Positions 1 through 10,421 of a DNA stretch of 47,311 nucleotides are shown piece by piece (positions within the stretch are counted from its first letter, which is position 1; the number at the start of each line of letters is the position of its first letter). A model generated the notes under the pieces. It made no database searches. It saw only the letters and a program-made list of their open reading frames with translations, and was not told where the DNA came from. Both the position numbers and the translations under genes were made by a program. This stretch comes from an uncultured Erysipelotrichaceae bacterium (GTDB lineage Bacteria > Bacillota_I > Bacilli_A > Erysipelotrichales > Erysipelotrichaceae): NCBI GenBank assembly GCA_946537835.1, contig CAMNGB010000001.1, positions 1 through 47,311 of the forward strand, read 5' to 3'.

Positions 1-646
1 CATATGCCAGGGCACTGATCTGCATCTGTACGGGTTCATCCATCAGATTCGGATAGACCTGGGCATGACGGATGATCGTTTCAAACAGCGGCACGATGTC
101 TTCATTGGTGTCATCCGGCTCATAGCGGACAATGCCTTCCCTGGCTGTGCCGTAGAGAATCGGGAAGTCGAGCTGATCATCTGTCGCATTGAGTTCCAGG
201 AACAGTTCATATACTTCATCGATGACTTCATTGGCGCGGGCATCCTGCTTGTCCATCTTGTTGATGATCAGAATCGGACGCAGGCCGATCTCCAGGGATT
301 TCTGCAGAACGAAGCGGGTCTGCGGCATCGGACCTTCCGCCGAGTCTACCAGAAGAATAACCGTATCGACGGTGCGGATGATACGTTCCACTTCGGAAGA
401 GAAATCGGCATGGCCAGGTGTATCAACAATATTGATCTTATAATCCTTATATGTAACGGAACAGTTTTTGGAATAGATCGTAATTCCTCTTTCACGTTCC
501 AGATCATTGGAATCCATGACACAGTCAACGACCTTTTCATTGTCCTTGAATACATGGCTCTGCTTGAGGAAAGCATCTACCAGTGTCGATTTGCCTGCAT
601 CGACGTGAGCAATAACCGCAATGTTAATAATCTTCTGATAATCCAT
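1..646 (-). CDS. typA: Translational GTPase TypA/BipA, N-terminal part (runs off the window start)
   Basis: Reverse-complement translation from ATG 646 gives [24 protein letters not shown] (G1 motif), later [26 protein letters not shown], typical of TypA. Absent from the ORF track because it is truncated. Confidence 0.95.
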   Translation of the reverse strand, partial: MDYQKIINIAVIAHVDAGKSTLVDAFLKQSHVFKDNEKVVDCVMDSNDLERERGITIYSKNCSVTYKDYKINIVDTPGHADFSSEVERIIRTVDTVILLVDSAEGPMPQTRFVLQKSLEIGLRPILIINKMDKQDARANEVIDEVYELFLELNATDDQLDFPILYGTAREGIVRYEPDDTNEDIVPLFETIIRHAQVYPNLMDEPVQMQISALAY

Positions 647-681
647 ATCAATCACCGTCTTTCAAAAAATAATGCGTGCCT

Positions 682-710
682 ATTATACTGTTCAAATGAA
701 TAAATTACAA
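682..710 (-). promoter_or_regulatory. SigA-type promoter for typA
   Basis: TTGTAA-17nt-TATAAT on the minus strand. Confidence 0.65.
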
Positions 711-720
711 CCAAAATTGA

Positions 721-749
721 TTGACTAACAGAAAGCGGGGCTCTATAAT
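721..749 (+). promoter_or_regulatory. SigA-type promoter for tRNA-Leu
   Basis: TTGACT-17nt-TATAAT, 10 nt upstream of the tRNA. Confidence 0.8.
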
Positions 750-759
750 AAATGAGCAC

Positions 760-843
760 GCGCCAGTGGTGGAATGGCAGACACGTACGCTTGAGGGGCG
801 TATGAGGAGACTCGTGCAGGTTCAAGTCCTGTCTGGCGCACCA
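760..843 (+). tRNA. tRNA-Leu, anticodon GAG
   Basis: Acceptor stem GCGCCAG/CTGGCGC, anticodon arm TACGC-TTGAGGG-GCGTA, long variable arm, GGTTCAAGTCC T-arm, encoded ACCA end. Confidence 0.97.
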
Positions 844-846
844 TGA

Positions 847-883
847 TGAAAACCGGTATCGCAATGATGCCGGTTTTTCATTT
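847..883 (+). terminator. Intrinsic terminator after the tRNA
   Basis: AAAACCGGTATC-GCAAT-GATGCCGGTTTT hairpin with T-rich tail. Confidence 0.7.
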
Positions 884-926
884 ATCATGATTTCAGGGAA
901 CAGTGAAGCTGCAGAAAGGAGAGACG

Positions 927-1937
927 ATGGAAAACATTACGATCCGGATGATCACCGATGAAAATCAGAAAGAATGCATTGCCCGCACCGTGCTGGAAGA
1001 TCTTACCGACTGGTTCGGCATTGCCGAATCCCGCGAGGGATATATTTCCGACAGCCGCAGCCAGCCCTTTTTCGCAGCCTTCATCAATGAAAAAGCCTGC
1101 GGCTTTCTCTGTCTGAAGGAAACCGGGCCGAAAACGGCGGAACTGGCGGTGATGGGTGTCATGAAGGAATACCGGCATCAGGGGACCGGCAGAAAGCTGT
1201 TTCAGGCTGCACGCGAATATGCCGTCAGAGCCGGCTTTGAATTCATGCAGGTCAAGACCGTGCAGAGCGGACACTATGAAGAATACGATGCAACAAACCG
1301 CTTTTATCAGAGTCTCGGCTTTCAGGAACTGGAAGTATTCCCTTCCTACTGGGATGAGAACAACCCCTGTCAGATCTATGTCATGTCACTGCCGCAGAAG
1401 CCGTCTGTCACCGGTCTGATCATGTCCCGTCACAGCTACCGGGGCAGATACAGGCCTGAGCGGGTGCCCCGGGAAGATCTGAAAGCGATCATGGAAGCCG
1501 GCCTGGCCGCCCCTTCCGGCTGCAACATGCAGACAACAAGCCTGATCGCTGTCGATGATCCGGAACTTCTTGCAGGGATCAGGGCAGTCATTGATCCGCC
1601 GGTCGCCGAAACGGCACCGGCAATGATCTGTGTGCTGAGTCAGAAGATCACCGCCTACCGCGGCCGGTGCTTTGCGGTGCAGGATTATTCTGCCGCCATC
1701 GAAAACATTCTGCTGGCTTCCCTGGATCTTGGTTATCAGAGCTGCTGGTATGAAGGCCATATCACCGATGACGACAGAATCAACGATCAGATTGCCGGCA
1801 TTCTCGGTGTTCCGGAAGAATATGAACTGGTATGCATTCTGCCAATCGGCATCCCGGAAACAGAACCTGTTCCGGCAAAGAAAAAGCCCTTTGCGGAAAG
1901 GGCATGGTTCAACGGATTCAAAAAACAGTCTGATTAA
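927..1937 (+). CDS. GNAT acetyltransferase - nitroreductase fusion
   Basis: AAAGGAG RBS before ATG 927. N-half has YRHQGTGRKL (acetyl-CoA motif) and FYQSLGF; C-half has SRHSYR and APSGCN nitroreductase motifs. Confidence 0.85.
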   Translation: MENITIRMITDENQKECIARTVLEDLTDWFGIAESREGYISDSRSQPFFAAFINEKACGFLCLKETGPKTAELAVMGVMKEYRHQGTGRKLFQAAREYAVRAGFEFMQVKTVQSGHYEEYDATNRFYQSLGFQELEVFPSYWDENNPCQIYVMSLPQKPSVTGLIMSRHSYRGRYRPERVPREDLKAIMEAGLAAPSGCNMQTTSLIAVDDPELLAGIRAVIDPPVAETAPAMICVLSQKITAYRGRCFAVQDYSAAIENILLASLDLGYQSCWYEGHITDDDRINDQIAGILGVPEEYELVCILPIGIPETEPVPAKKKPFAERAWFNGFKKQSD

Positions 1938-1962
1938 AAAAATGCGGCGCTGCCGCATTTTC
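1936..1962. terminator. Bidirectional terminator between convergent genes
   Basis: AAAATGCGGC-GCT-GCCGCATTTT with A and T flanks. Confidence 0.75.
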
Positions 1963-1968
1963 ATATAC

Positions 1969-2460
1969 TCAGGCTGAGATCAGCTGACGGTCGTCCTCGA
2001 CTTCCGTCTGCATGTCCAGGGTAACACCGTTGACCTTGTATTTCTTGAGAACGAACATGGTCACGGTTGCCGCAACGCCGTCGATCGGAGCCAGCTTCTC
2101 ACCGACAAAGTCGGCAACTTCACGCATCGTTCTGGCATTGATGCTGAGCAGGAATTCGGAAGTTCCGCTGGTCAGATACAGGGAGCTGACTTCCGGGAAC
2201 TTGCCGATTCTTTCGGCGATCTTGTCATAGCCTGTGCCGCGTTCCGGCTTGGCACTGACGCCGATGAAGGCATCGACATGATCGATATTCGTCTTGTCCC
2301 AGTTGATGACGGTATGATAGCCGCAGATGATCTTCTTGGCTTCCAGGGAATCCTTTGCCTTTTCGACTTCCTCTTCGCTTTCGCCGAGAATATCGGCCAG
2401 ATCGGTCACCGTTGCCCGCGGGTCATCGGCCAGAAGGTGTAACAGTTTCATCGCATCCAT
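1969..2460 (-). CDS. Lrp/AsnC family transcriptional regulator (AlaR/YugG-like)
   Basis: N-terminal HTH (DPRATVTDLADILG), IICGYHTVINWDK, C-terminal RAM-like domain; adjacent to an aminotransferase. Confidence 0.9.
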   Translation of the reverse strand: MDAMKLLHLLADDPRATVTDLADILGESEEEVEKAKDSLEAKKIICGYHTVINWDKTNIDHVDAFIGVSAKPERGTGYDKIAERIGKFPEVSSLYLTSGTSEFLLSINARTMREVADFVGEKLAPIDGVAATVTMFVLKKYKVNGVTLDMQTEVEDDRQLISA

Positions 2461-2465
2461 GATGT

Positions 2466-3638
2466 TTATTCTCCTTTATGTTCCTTAACGAATTCTCCGA
2501 TTCGCTTCATTGCTTCACGCAGATGGTCAATGCTGTAGGCATAGCTGATGCGGGCAAAGCCCTCACCGCTTGCGCCGAAGGCATTGCCCGGCACGATGGC
2601 CACATGCTTTTCCTTCAGCAGCCGCTCACAGAATTCTTCACTGGATAATCCAAGAACGGAAATGTCCGGGAAGACATAGAATGCGCCTTTCGGCTCAAAT
2701 GTCTTCAGGCCGATCTCATTCAGCTTTCTGACGCAGTACTGACGGCGCAGGTCATACTGTCTGCGCATCTCTTCCACATCGTCATCACAGTCCTTCAGGG
2801 CGGTGATGGCCGCATACTGGCTGGTTGTCGGAGCTGACATGATGCAGCTCTGATGAATCTTGGTCATGGCCCGGATCAGTTCCTTCGGTCCGGCCGCATA
2901 GCCGAGACGCCATCCGGTCATCGAGAAGGTCTTCGAGAAGCCGTTGACCACGATCGTATGTTCACGCATGCCCGGCTGGGTGGCAATCGATTCATGCCGG
3001 TATCCATAGGTGAGTTCCGAATAGATCTCATCGGAAAGGACGATGACATCTGTATCTCTGAGAACATCGGCGATGGCTTCCAGGTCTTCATGCCGCAGCG
3101 AGGCTCCGGTCGGATTGTTCGGATAGCCGAGCACCAGAATCTTTGTTCTCTCAGTCAGGGCAGCCTTAATTTCTTCCGCGGTAACCCGGAAATCATTTTC
3201 TTCCTTTGTTGCAATCGGCACCGGCACGCCTCCGGTCAGCGTCGTGATCGGGTCATAGCAGACAAAGCAGGGTTCGGGAATGATGACTTCGTCTCCCGGT
3301 TCAACCAGAGCTCTGATTGCCAGATCGATCGCTTCCGAACCGCCGACGGTAACCAGCAGTTCACTTTCATCATAGTGCATGCCGTATCTCTTCTGCAGCC
3401 AGGCGCCGATCTCCGTGCGCAGTTCCTTCAGGCCGGCATTTGCCGTATATTTTGTACGGCCGATCTCCAGCGAGTGGATCGCGGCATCGCGGATGTCCCA
3501 CGGTGTCTGGAAATCAGGTTCGCCGACACCGAGACTGATGCATTCCGGCATCTCTGCTGCCAGATCAAAGAATTTGCGGATCCCGGAAGGACGCATGTCT
3601 TTGGCTTTCTGCGAAATCAGTTTATCGTAATCCATCAT
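2466..3638 (-). CDS. PLP-dependent aminotransferase class I/II (AlaT/YugH-like)
   Basis: SLGVGEPDF, PNNPTG, SDEIY, GFSKTFSMTGWRLG; start moved to MMDYDK with AAAGGG RBS. Confidence 0.92.
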   Translation of the reverse strand: MMDYDKLISQKAKDMRPSGIRKFFDLAAEMPECISLGVGEPDFQTPWDIRDAAIHSLEIGRTKYTANAGLKELRTEIGAWLQKRYGMHYDESELLVTVGGSEAIDLAIRALVEPGDEVIIPEPCFVCYDPITTLTGGVPVPIATKEENDFRVTAEEIKAALTERTKILVLGYPNNPTGASLRHEDLEAIADVLRDTDVIVLSDEIYSELTYGYRHESIATQPGMREHTIVVNGFSKTFSMTGWRLGYAAGPKELIRAMTKIHQSCIMSAPTTSQYAAITALKDCDDDVEEMRRQYDLRRQYCVRKLNEIGLKTFEPKGAFYVFPDISVLGLSSEEFCERLLKEKHVAIVPGNAFGASGEGFARISYAYSIDHLREAMKRIGEFVKEHKGE

Positions 3639-3685
3639 ACACAATACCCTTTCATTTGATATATTATACTCTAGAGTGATATAAA

Positions 3686-3895
3686 ATGCCGAAGAAAAAC
3701 GACCGCAAAACTGAAACCATGAAGCTGCGGGCAGTGATCCTGCTGCTTGCATATCTGCTTCTGAAGCTGATCTGCCTGCTGTTTACGCCGCAGTTCATGC
3801 GCTGGCCGCTGCGCCTTCTGCTTCTTGCCTTTGCCGTCACATATGTCATGTCCCTGAAAAATCCAAAGAGATCTGCCGCTCCCGTCCGGAAGTAA
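3686..3895 (+). CDS. Small basic membrane protein with two hydrophobic helices (hypothetical)
   Basis: 69-aa ORF filling the gap between genes; two Leu-rich segments; weak RBS (GAGTG). Confidence 0.5.
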   Translation: MPKKNDRKTETMKLRAVILLLAYLLLKLICLLFTPQFMRWPLRLLLLAFAVTYVMSLKNPKRSAAPVRK

Positions 3896-3909
3896 CAGAT
3901 CTCTTTTTT
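3865..3909. terminator. Inverted repeat, probable terminator between the small ORF and uvrB
   Basis: AAAGAGATCTG...CAGATCTCTTT followed by a T-run on the plus strand. Confidence 0.6.
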
Positions 3910-5885
3910 CAGTCTTCTGATTTCAGTTCGAAGATCATGTCTCTGAGTTCGGCGGCTCTTTCGAAGTTCAGGGAAGCTGCTGCCTCTCTCATCTCTGCTT
4001 CGAGATCGCTGATCAGTTTGGCGTGATCCTTCGCCGACAGCTTTTTCTTCTTGTTCATGTAGCGGGCAGCCATTTCCTTTGTTTCCTTGCCGCGGATCGC
4101 CTCTTCGACATTCTTGCGGACAGTATGGGGAATGATGCCGTGCTCTTTGTTGTACTGTTCCTGAATGGCGCGGCGGCGGTTGGTTTCATCGATGGCATAG
4201 CGCATGGAATCGGTGATGACATCCGCATACATATAGACTTCGCCGTGTTCGTTTCTTGCGGCACGTCCGATCGTCTGCACCAGCGACCGATGGGAACGCA
4301 GGAAGCCTTCCTTATCGGCATCGAGAATACATACCAGTGAAACTTCAGGAATATCCAGACCTTCTCTCAGAAGGTTGATACCGACGATGGCATCGACCTT
4401 GCCGAGACGGAGCTGGCGGATGATCTCGGTTCTTTCCAGTGTCTTGGTTTCATGGTGCAGATAGGCAATGGAATAGCCCCTTTCCTTCAGATATTCGCTC
4501 AGGTCTTCCGCCATTCTGACTGTCAGGGTCGTGATCAGAACCCTTTCACCGTTTGCGATGCGGCCGTCCAGAGCTTCACAGATATCATCGATCTGCCCTT
4601 TTGTCGGCTTGACGGTGATTTTCGGATCCAGCAGTCCGGTCGGACGGATGACCTGTTCGGTCACATGATGGTCCACATGTTCCAGTTCATAGTCACCGGG
4701 TGTGGCCGAGCAGTAGATGACCTGATTGATCATGCCTTCAAATTCATCAAAGCGCATCGGCCTGTTGTCCAGTGCCGAAGGCAGACGGAAGCCGTATTCA
4801 ACGAGCACTTCCTTGCGCTGCCTGTCACCGTTGTACATGCCTCTGACCTGAGGAATGGACACATGCGACTCATCGACAAACAGCAGGAAGTCTTTCGGAA
4901 AATAGTCAAACAGGTTCCACGGTCTCTGGCCGGTAACTCTGCCGTCGATATGCATTGAATAGTTTTCAATACCGGAACAGTAGCCGTTTTCCCGCAGTGC
5001 TTCAAGGTCGAAGCGGGTGCGCTGTTCCAGGCGTTCCGCCTCGAGCAGCTTGCCGTTGTCCTTAAAGTATTTCAGCCGCTCTTCCAGTTCGGCTTCAATG
5101 GCATCGCAGGCTCTTTCCATGGTGGCACGGGAGCGGGCATAGCCGCTGGCCGGGAAGATATTGTAAAACTGATAGGCATTCATGGTATGGCCGGTAACCG
5201 GATCGACTTCGGTGATGCGGTCGATCTCGTCGCCGAACATTTCAATGCGGATATTGAACTTGTCGGTATAGGACGGTGTCAGATCGATGACATCGCCGCG
5301 CACCCGGATCGTTCCCCTGCTCTGATCGATATCATTGCGGCTGTACTGCAGTTCGATCAGTTTTCTCAGCAGGGCATTGCGCTCATAGCTTTCGCCGACT
5401 CGGATGGTCATGAACATGTTCCGGTATTCCACCGGATCGGAAGCCGCATAGATGCAGGCAACGGATGCAACAACGATCGTATCCCTTCTTTCCAGCAGGG
5501 AATTCAGCGTGCTTTCGCGGAACATGTCCAGTTCTTCATTAATCGCAGCCGTCTTTTCAATATACATGTCGTTCTTCGGCACATAGGCTTCCGGCTGGTA
5601 ATAGTCAAAGTTGGAAACGAAGAACTCTACCCTGTTTTTCGGGAAGAGTTCCTTAAATTCGGAATACAGCTGTCCGGCCAGTGTCTTGTTGTGTGAAAAG
5701 ACCAGGGTCGGACGGTTGACCCGTTCGATGATATTGGCCATGGTAAAGGTCTTGCCGGTGCCGGTGGCACCTTCCAGAACCTGTTCCCTTCTGCCTTCCT
5801 GAAGACCTCTGACCAGCTCATCAATTGCCTGCGGCTGATCGCCGGTCGGACGGAACTCCGATACCAGTTCAAAACGCTCAGCCAT
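3909..5885 (-). CDS. uvrB: Excinuclease ABC subunit B
   Basis: [58 protein letters not shown]-terminal UVR motif; start set at MAERFEL. Confidence 0.98.
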   Translation of the reverse strand: MAERFELVSEFRPTGDQPQAIDELVRGLQEGRREQVLEGATGTGKTFTMANIIERVNRPTLVFSHNKTLAGQLYSEFKELFPKNRVEFFVSNFDYYQPEAYVPKNDMYIEKTAAINEELDMFRESTLNSLLERRDTIVVASVACIYAASDPVEYRNMFMTIRVGESYERNALLRKLIELQYSRNDIDQSRGTIRVRGDVIDLTPSYTDKFNIRIEMFGDEIDRITEVDPVTGHTMNAYQFYNIFPASGYARSRATMERACDAIEAELEERLKYFKDNGKLLEAERLEQRTRFDLEALRENGYCSGIENYSMHIDGRVTGQRPWNLFDYFPKDFLLFVDESHVSIPQVRGMYNGDRQRKEVLVEYGFRLPSALDNRPMRFDEFEGMINQVIYCSATPGDYELEHVDHHVTEQVIRPTGLLDPKITVKPTKGQIDDICEALDGRIANGERVLITTLTVRMAEDLSEYLKERGYSIAYLHHETKTLERTEIIRQLRLGKVDAIVGINLLREGLDIPEVSLVCILDADKEGFLRSHRSLVQTIGRAARNEHGEVYMYADVITDSMRYAIDETNRRRAIQEQYNKEHGIIPHTVRKNVEEAIRGKETKEMAARYMNKKKKLSAKDHAKLISDLEAEMREAAASLNFERAAELRDMIFELKSED

Positions 5886-7434
5886 TGAGAATCTCCATTG
5901 CCCTGCGGAACTGTACGTCGCGGTCAAACGAAGTCGCATTGTCATAGACAACAGCCGAGAACAGAGCTTCGTAGGTTTCCTTGTTCAGACTGCCGTTTCC
6001 GCCCAGTCCGGTATCATTCTGGAATTTCTGCAGAGCTTCGCCGGTCGCGGCTGAGAAGTAGCCGTCAGTACGGTCGACGCTGTAATCCAGATATTCCAGC
6101 ATCAGCTGTGCATCCTGTATGGAATCACTGACCTGATCGGCTGTAAATACGGCATCATCTTCCATCTCAGTATAGATATGGCTCAGAGCCTCTGCTTCCT
6201 CCACATTTACATCCGGTTCGATGCCTTCACCGTTGACCCATGTGCCGCCGGGAGAAAGCCAGCGGGAGGTCGTAAACTTGATGGCAGAACCGTCTCCGAA
6301 CATGCGGGTGATCTGGACGGTTCCCTTGCCGTAGGTTTTGGTGCCGCATACGGTCACATCGTCCCTCTGTTCCATCATGGCCAGGGTAAAGACTTCCGAA
6401 GCACTGGCGGTATCACCGTTGACCAGAATCACGATCGGGCCGAAATCGGTCAGGCCTTTGCCGGTCCTGATTTCTTCCTTGCTGCCGTCACGGTATTCCT
6501 GCTGCATGACAACGGTGCCTTCCGGCAGGAAGCGGGATGCGATGCTGGCAAGGGCATCAAGGTAGCCGCCGCCGTTGTCGCGCAGGTCGATGATCAGCTT
6601 CTGTACGCCGTTGGCCTTGAAATCATTCAGGTAGACATCAATCTCACTGGCTGTCATATTGCCGAACTGATAGATATTCAGATAGCCGACATTGTTGTCG
6701 ACGATCTTGCCGAAAGCAGATGCCGAGATCTGTTTGCGTTCGATGGTCAGGGTAATATCTTCACCCTGTCTTCCGAAGACGATCGTTACCGTCGTCCCCT
6801 CTTCGCCGATGACTCTTTCCCTGATTTCATCGGTCGTCAGATCGGATGCATCCTCACCGTCGATCATTTCGATCAGGTCGCCGGCCTGCACACCGGCTTC
6901 TTCTGCCGGTGTATTGCGGAAGACGCGGGTAATCACATTCAGATCACCGCTCTTGATATACTGCACGCCGATGCCGACATAATCACGGTTGATGCCCTGG
7001 ACAAAGTCGGTGACTTCCTGGGCAGACATGTAATCGGTATGCAGGTCTTCTTCCTGGGCTGTCATGCCGTCAAGGGCACTGTCGACAAGCCTGGTATTCA
7101 GATCTTCGATATCCTTTCCGAAATACCAGTCATTCTCCATGATGTCAAATGCCTGCTCAACCTTCTGTGAAGCATCCATGGTCATGGCCTGACGTGCCTT
7201 GTCTGTCAGATTCCGCAGTGCCGGCAGCGGCAGTGCGCTTCCGAACAGCCAGCCGGCAAGCAGTGCCAGCACACTGAAAAATACCAGGCCGAATTTCAGG
7301 CGGCTGATTTTCTGTTTCTGTTTTCTGTCTTCTATTTCATCCGGCCAGAGATGCCGTTTCAGACGGATCCGTCTGATTTCCTCGGTTGTCTGAGGGGTTT
7401 CATCTTCCGGGATGTATTTTTCTTTGTCTTCCAT
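5878..7434 (-). CDS. S41 C-terminal processing peptidase with PDZ and peptidoglycan-binding domains
   Basis: N-terminal TM, GIGV PDZ loop, [19 protein letters not shown]-terminal [16 protein letters not shown]. Confidence 0.93.
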   Translation of the reverse strand: MEDKEKYIPEDETPQTTEEIRRIRLKRHLWPDEIEDRKQKQKISRLKFGLVFFSVLALLAGWLFGSALPLPALRNLTDKARQAMTMDASQKVEQAFDIMENDWYFGKDIEDLNTRLVDSALDGMTAQEEDLHTDYMSAQEVTDFVQGINRDYVGIGVQYIKSGDLNVITRVFRNTPAEEAGVQAGDLIEMIDGEDASDLTTDEIRERVIGEEGTTVTIVFGRQGEDITLTIERKQISASAFGKIVDNNVGYLNIYQFGNMTASEIDVYLNDFKANGVQKLIIDLRDNGGGYLDALASIASRFLPEGTVVMQQEYRDGSKEEIRTGKGLTDFGPIVILVNGDTASASEVFTLAMMEQRDDVTVCGTKTYGKGTVQITRMFGDGSAIKFTTSRWLSPGGTWVNGEGIEPDVNVEEAEALSHIYTEMEDDAVFTADQVSDSIQDAQLMLEYLDYSVDRTDGYFSAATGEALQKFQNDTGLGGNGSLNKETYEALFSAVVYDNATSFDRDVQFRRAMEILNG

Positions 7435-7481
7435 AAGGGTCTCCCTTTCAGAAAAAGAGTCTCATTCGATGAGGCTCTTGA

Positions 7482-8378
7482 TCACTTGGTTTCACGCAGA
7501 TATCTGGTAACGGACATCCAGCTGCCGATGAGACCGACAAGAATGCCGATGGCCAGCAGCACTGCGGATACATAATAAATATAAGGTACCGGAGCAATCA
7601 TCTTGAACATGCTTGAGAACATGACGCCGTGCACCAGGTTATAGGCAAACTTATAGCCGTAGATCGTCAGCAGGATCGGCAGGATCGAGCCGAGAACACC
7701 GGTAATGATGCCTTCCCATACAAAGGGAGCACGGATAAATCCGTTGGTGGCGCCGACGTTGCGCATGATATCGATTTCATCCTGTCTGGCATAGATCGTC
7801 AGCTTGATCGTATTCTGGATCAGGAAGATCGCCAGAACGCTCAGAGCCAGGACAAAGATACCGCCGAAACGTCTGATATTGATCATGGCCGCAACCATGT
7901 CGATCGTTGACTGGCCGCCGTAGTTGACATCCGATACACCTTCAATGGCATGGATCTGTTCGGCAACGCTGCGGATCTGATCACCGCTGACTGCCTCTAC
8001 ATAGAAGGCATCATGCATCGGGTTGTCATCACGGAACGGTTCAAATACCGCTCTTGTTTCTTCATCGTCATACTGTTCGATGTAATAGTTGAATTCCTGT
8101 TCCTTGGTTGAGAAGCTGACTTTTTTGACTCCTTCAATGGCCTTGATGGAATCCTCGATCCGCTTCTCCTCTTCACTGCTTTCATAGTCAAAGTCGACAA
8201 GAACGGCGATTTCCATGGAGGATTCAACATTCTTTGTAAACGTCTGAAGATGGGTGGTGAAGATCAGAAACAGCGATATGATCGTCAGCGTGATGGCAAC
8301 GGCAATGGCCGAGGAAATGGACATTGCCCAGTGTCTGCCGACACCGCTGAACCCTTCTTTTAATGCTCTACTGATCAT
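7482..8378 (-). CDS. ftsX: Cell division permease FtsX
   Basis: NTIKLTIYARQDEIDIMRNVGATNGFIRAPFVWEG; overlaps the ftsE 3' end. Confidence 0.95.
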   Translation of the reverse strand: MISRALKEGFSGVGRHWAMSISSAIAVAITLTIISLFLIFTTHLQTFTKNVESSMEIAVLVDFDYESSEEEKRIEDSIKAIEGVKKVSFSTKEQEFNYYIEQYDDEETRAVFEPFRDDNPMHDAFYVEAVSGDQIRSVAEQIHAIEGVSDVNYGGQSTIDMVAAMINIRRFGGIFVLALSVLAIFLIQNTIKLTIYARQDEIDIMRNVGATNGFIRAPFVWEGIITGVLGSILPILLTIYGYKFAYNLVHGVMFSSMFKMIAPVPYIYYVSAVLLAIGILVGLIGSWMSVTRYLRETK

Positions 8379-9060
8379 GACGGACATAGCCTCCTTCCGC
8401 CAGGTCGGCAACGATATGGCCCTGTTCGAGAACAACCGTGCGCTTGCGGTGCTTGTTGACAAGCGTCAGGTCATGGGTAACCATCAGGATCGTTGTCCCG
8501 TATGCTTCGTTGATCCTCTCCAGCAGGTCCATGATTTCATCCGACTTGCCCGGATCCAGATTTCCGGTCGGCTCGTCGGCAATCAGCACCTTGGGACGGT
8601 TGGCAATGGCACGGGCAATTGCCACACGCTGCTGCTGTCCGCCCGACAGTTCTGCCGGGAAGGCATCGCCCTTGTCGCTCAGACCGACGATGTCCATGAT
8701 TTCATTGACCCTGATGCGGATCATCTTCTTTTTCATATTGATGACTTCCAGGGCATAGGATATGTTTTCGAATACTGTCTTTGTCGGCAGCAGACGGAAA
8801 TCCTGGAAGACAACTCCGATATTGCGGCGGTAGATCGGAATCTGCGAATGCCGCAGTGTTCCGACATCAATGCCGACAACCTTGACCTTGCCCTTGGTGG
8901 CTTTTTCTTCGCCGTCCAGAAGCTTGATCAGAGTCGATTTGCCGGAGCCGGTAGGACCGATAATGTAGATGAATTCGCCCTGTTCAACTTTCACGTTGAT
9001 ATCATAGAGCGCATTCGTTCCGGTCGGATACCTTTTATATACATTCATGCATTCGATCAT
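8368..9060 (-). CDS. ftsE: Cell division ATP-binding protein FtsE
   Basis: GPTGSGKST, GVVFQDFRLL, LSGGQQQR, ADEPTGNLD; GGAGG RBS. Confidence 0.95.
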   Translation of the reverse strand: MIECMNVYKRYPTGTNALYDINVKVEQGEFIYIIGPTGSGKSTLIKLLDGEEKATKGKVKVVGIDVGTLRHSQIPIYRRNIGVVFQDFRLLPTKTVFENISYALEVINMKKKMIRIRVNEIMDIVGLSDKGDAFPAELSGGQQQRVAIARAIANRPKVLIADEPTGNLDPGKSDEIMDLLERINEAYGTTILMVTHDLTLVNKHRKRTVVLEQGHIVADLAEGGYVRHDQ

Positions 9061-9105
9061 GTATGCCTCCTGTTTTCAGTAACTGAGATATTATAACATG
9101 ACTGC

Positions 9106-9960
9106 TCAGATGTTTGGTGAAGTATATGTGAAACGTTCTCCCACCATATCCGAGGAATCGGTGGTGATGACAAACGCCTTGTCATCGAACCCGCGGATAA
9201 TATCCAGCAGGTCGTTGTACTGCCGTTCATAGACAACTGCCAGGATCATTTTCTTCTGTTCGCCGGAATAGCCGCCCTGCACGTCGATGATCGTCAGACC
9301 GCGGTTGAGACGGAACTTGATGGCTTCGGCAATTTTCTCCCATTCGTCGGAAATGATCTGAACCTTCTTGGCACTGACACCGCGGCCGGCTTCAAGCACT
9401 CTGCGGATGGCATATCCGGAAGCGAAAACCGAAACCAGACCGACCAGAGCAGCACTGAGATCATAGGCAACGATGCCGAGCAGAACCGTCAGACCGTCAA
9501 CGATCATGACCAGGGTCGAGACCGGAACTCCGGTCAGCTTGTGAAGGATCAGCGGCGGTACATCCATGCCGCCGGTGCTGGCGCCGGTCCGCATGACAAG
9601 TCCGATTCCTGCTCCGCCCAGCAGTCCGGCATAGAACGATGCCAGGACCGGATCGATATTCGTTTCCAGCGAACATCTCGCCAGCAGGGTCGTGAAGACC
9701 GGATAGAACAGAGAAGAAATGGCTGTATTGACCGCAAACTCCTTTCCCAGAAAAATCCATCCGAAGACGAACAGAACCAGAATCGTGCAGTTGGCAAACA
9801 GTGTTTCGTCAATATGAAAAAACGGTTCCAGCGCTACGGCAATACCGGCAACACCGCCGGAAAGAATGTGATACGGAAGTATGAACATTTCCACTGACAC
9901 CGCAAGAATAAAGGTCCCAAGCAGGACGAGGACGAGACTGTAAATCTTTTTCTTGATCAT
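9106..9960 (-). CDS. YitT family membrane protein
   Basis: SGGVAG, GASTGGMD, RGLTIIDVQGGYSG, DDKAFV; start set at MIKKK. Confidence 0.9.
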   Translation of the reverse strand: MIKKKIYSLVLVLLGTFILAVSVEMFILPYHILSGGVAGIAVALEPFFHIDETLFANCTILVLFVFGWIFLGKEFAVNTAISSLFYPVFTTLLARCSLETNIDPVLASFYAGLLGGAGIGLVMRTGASTGGMDVPPLILHKLTGVPVSTLVMIVDGLTVLLGIVAYDLSAALVGLVSVFASGYAIRRVLEAGRGVSAKKVQIISDEWEKIAEAIKFRLNRGLTIIDVQGGYSGEQKKMILAVVYERQYNDLLDIIRGFDDKAFVITTDSSDMVGERFTYTSPNI

Positions 9961-9995
9961 CTTTGGTATTATATCATGTGTACAGGAAGTTTGAT

Positions 9996-10421
9996 ATGAA
10001 GAGAAAAACCGTCCTTTTATGGATTCTGACCCTGTCCTATACGATGCTGATCTTTTCCTTTTCAATGATGACCGGCAGTGATTCCGGCGGCCTCAGCAGC
10101 AGGATCGCTGCGTTTGTCATGCCGTTTTTCAGCCGGCTGGGACTGGATTTCGAAGCGGTCCATCATCTGATCCGCAAGCTTGCCCATTTCAGTGAGTATT
10201 ATATCCTTGCCCTGTTTGTCAAAGCTGCATCAGAAAACACCTTTCGCGGGAAAGGTGTCATTCTCTGCATCATGCTGTACGGCATCATTGCTCCGTGTAT
10301 CGACGAGACAATTCAGCTGTTCGTTCCCGGCCGGGCCGGTGCACTGACGGATGTCCTCATCGACATGTCCGGGTATTTTGCCTCCTGGGCAACCGCTTCC
10401 CTGCTGAAGAGAAATCAGTGA
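9996..10421 (+). CDS. VanZ family membrane protein
   Basis: IRKLAHFSEY, DETIQLFVPGR, DVLID. Confidence 0.9.
   Translation: MKRKTVLLWILTLSYTMLIFSFSMMTGSDSGGLSSRIAAFVMPFFSRLGLDFEAVHHLIRKLAHFSEYYILALFVKAASENTFRGKGVILCIMLYGIIAPCIDETIQLFVPGRAGALTDVLIDMSGYFASWATASLLKRNQ

Noticed and set aside
65-703. 212-aa plus-strand ORF and other long antisense ORFs (e.g. 6178-7170, 12452-13564, 15678-16958, 43280-44194)
   Set aside because: Shadow frames opposite well-supported genes, with no motifs of their own.
760-1960. tRNA-Leu as an integration site for an island
   Set aside because: No integrase, and I found no duplicated tRNA 3' end downstream; the flanking genes look chromosomal.
1969-3638. Aminotransferase gene precedes its Lrp regulator, the reverse of B. 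subtilis alaR-alaT
   Set aside because: Simple order variation of a known pair.
9996-10421. vanZ as a glycopeptide resistance locus
   Set aside because: Lone VanZ-family gene with no vanHAX or vanRS; such homologues are widespread.
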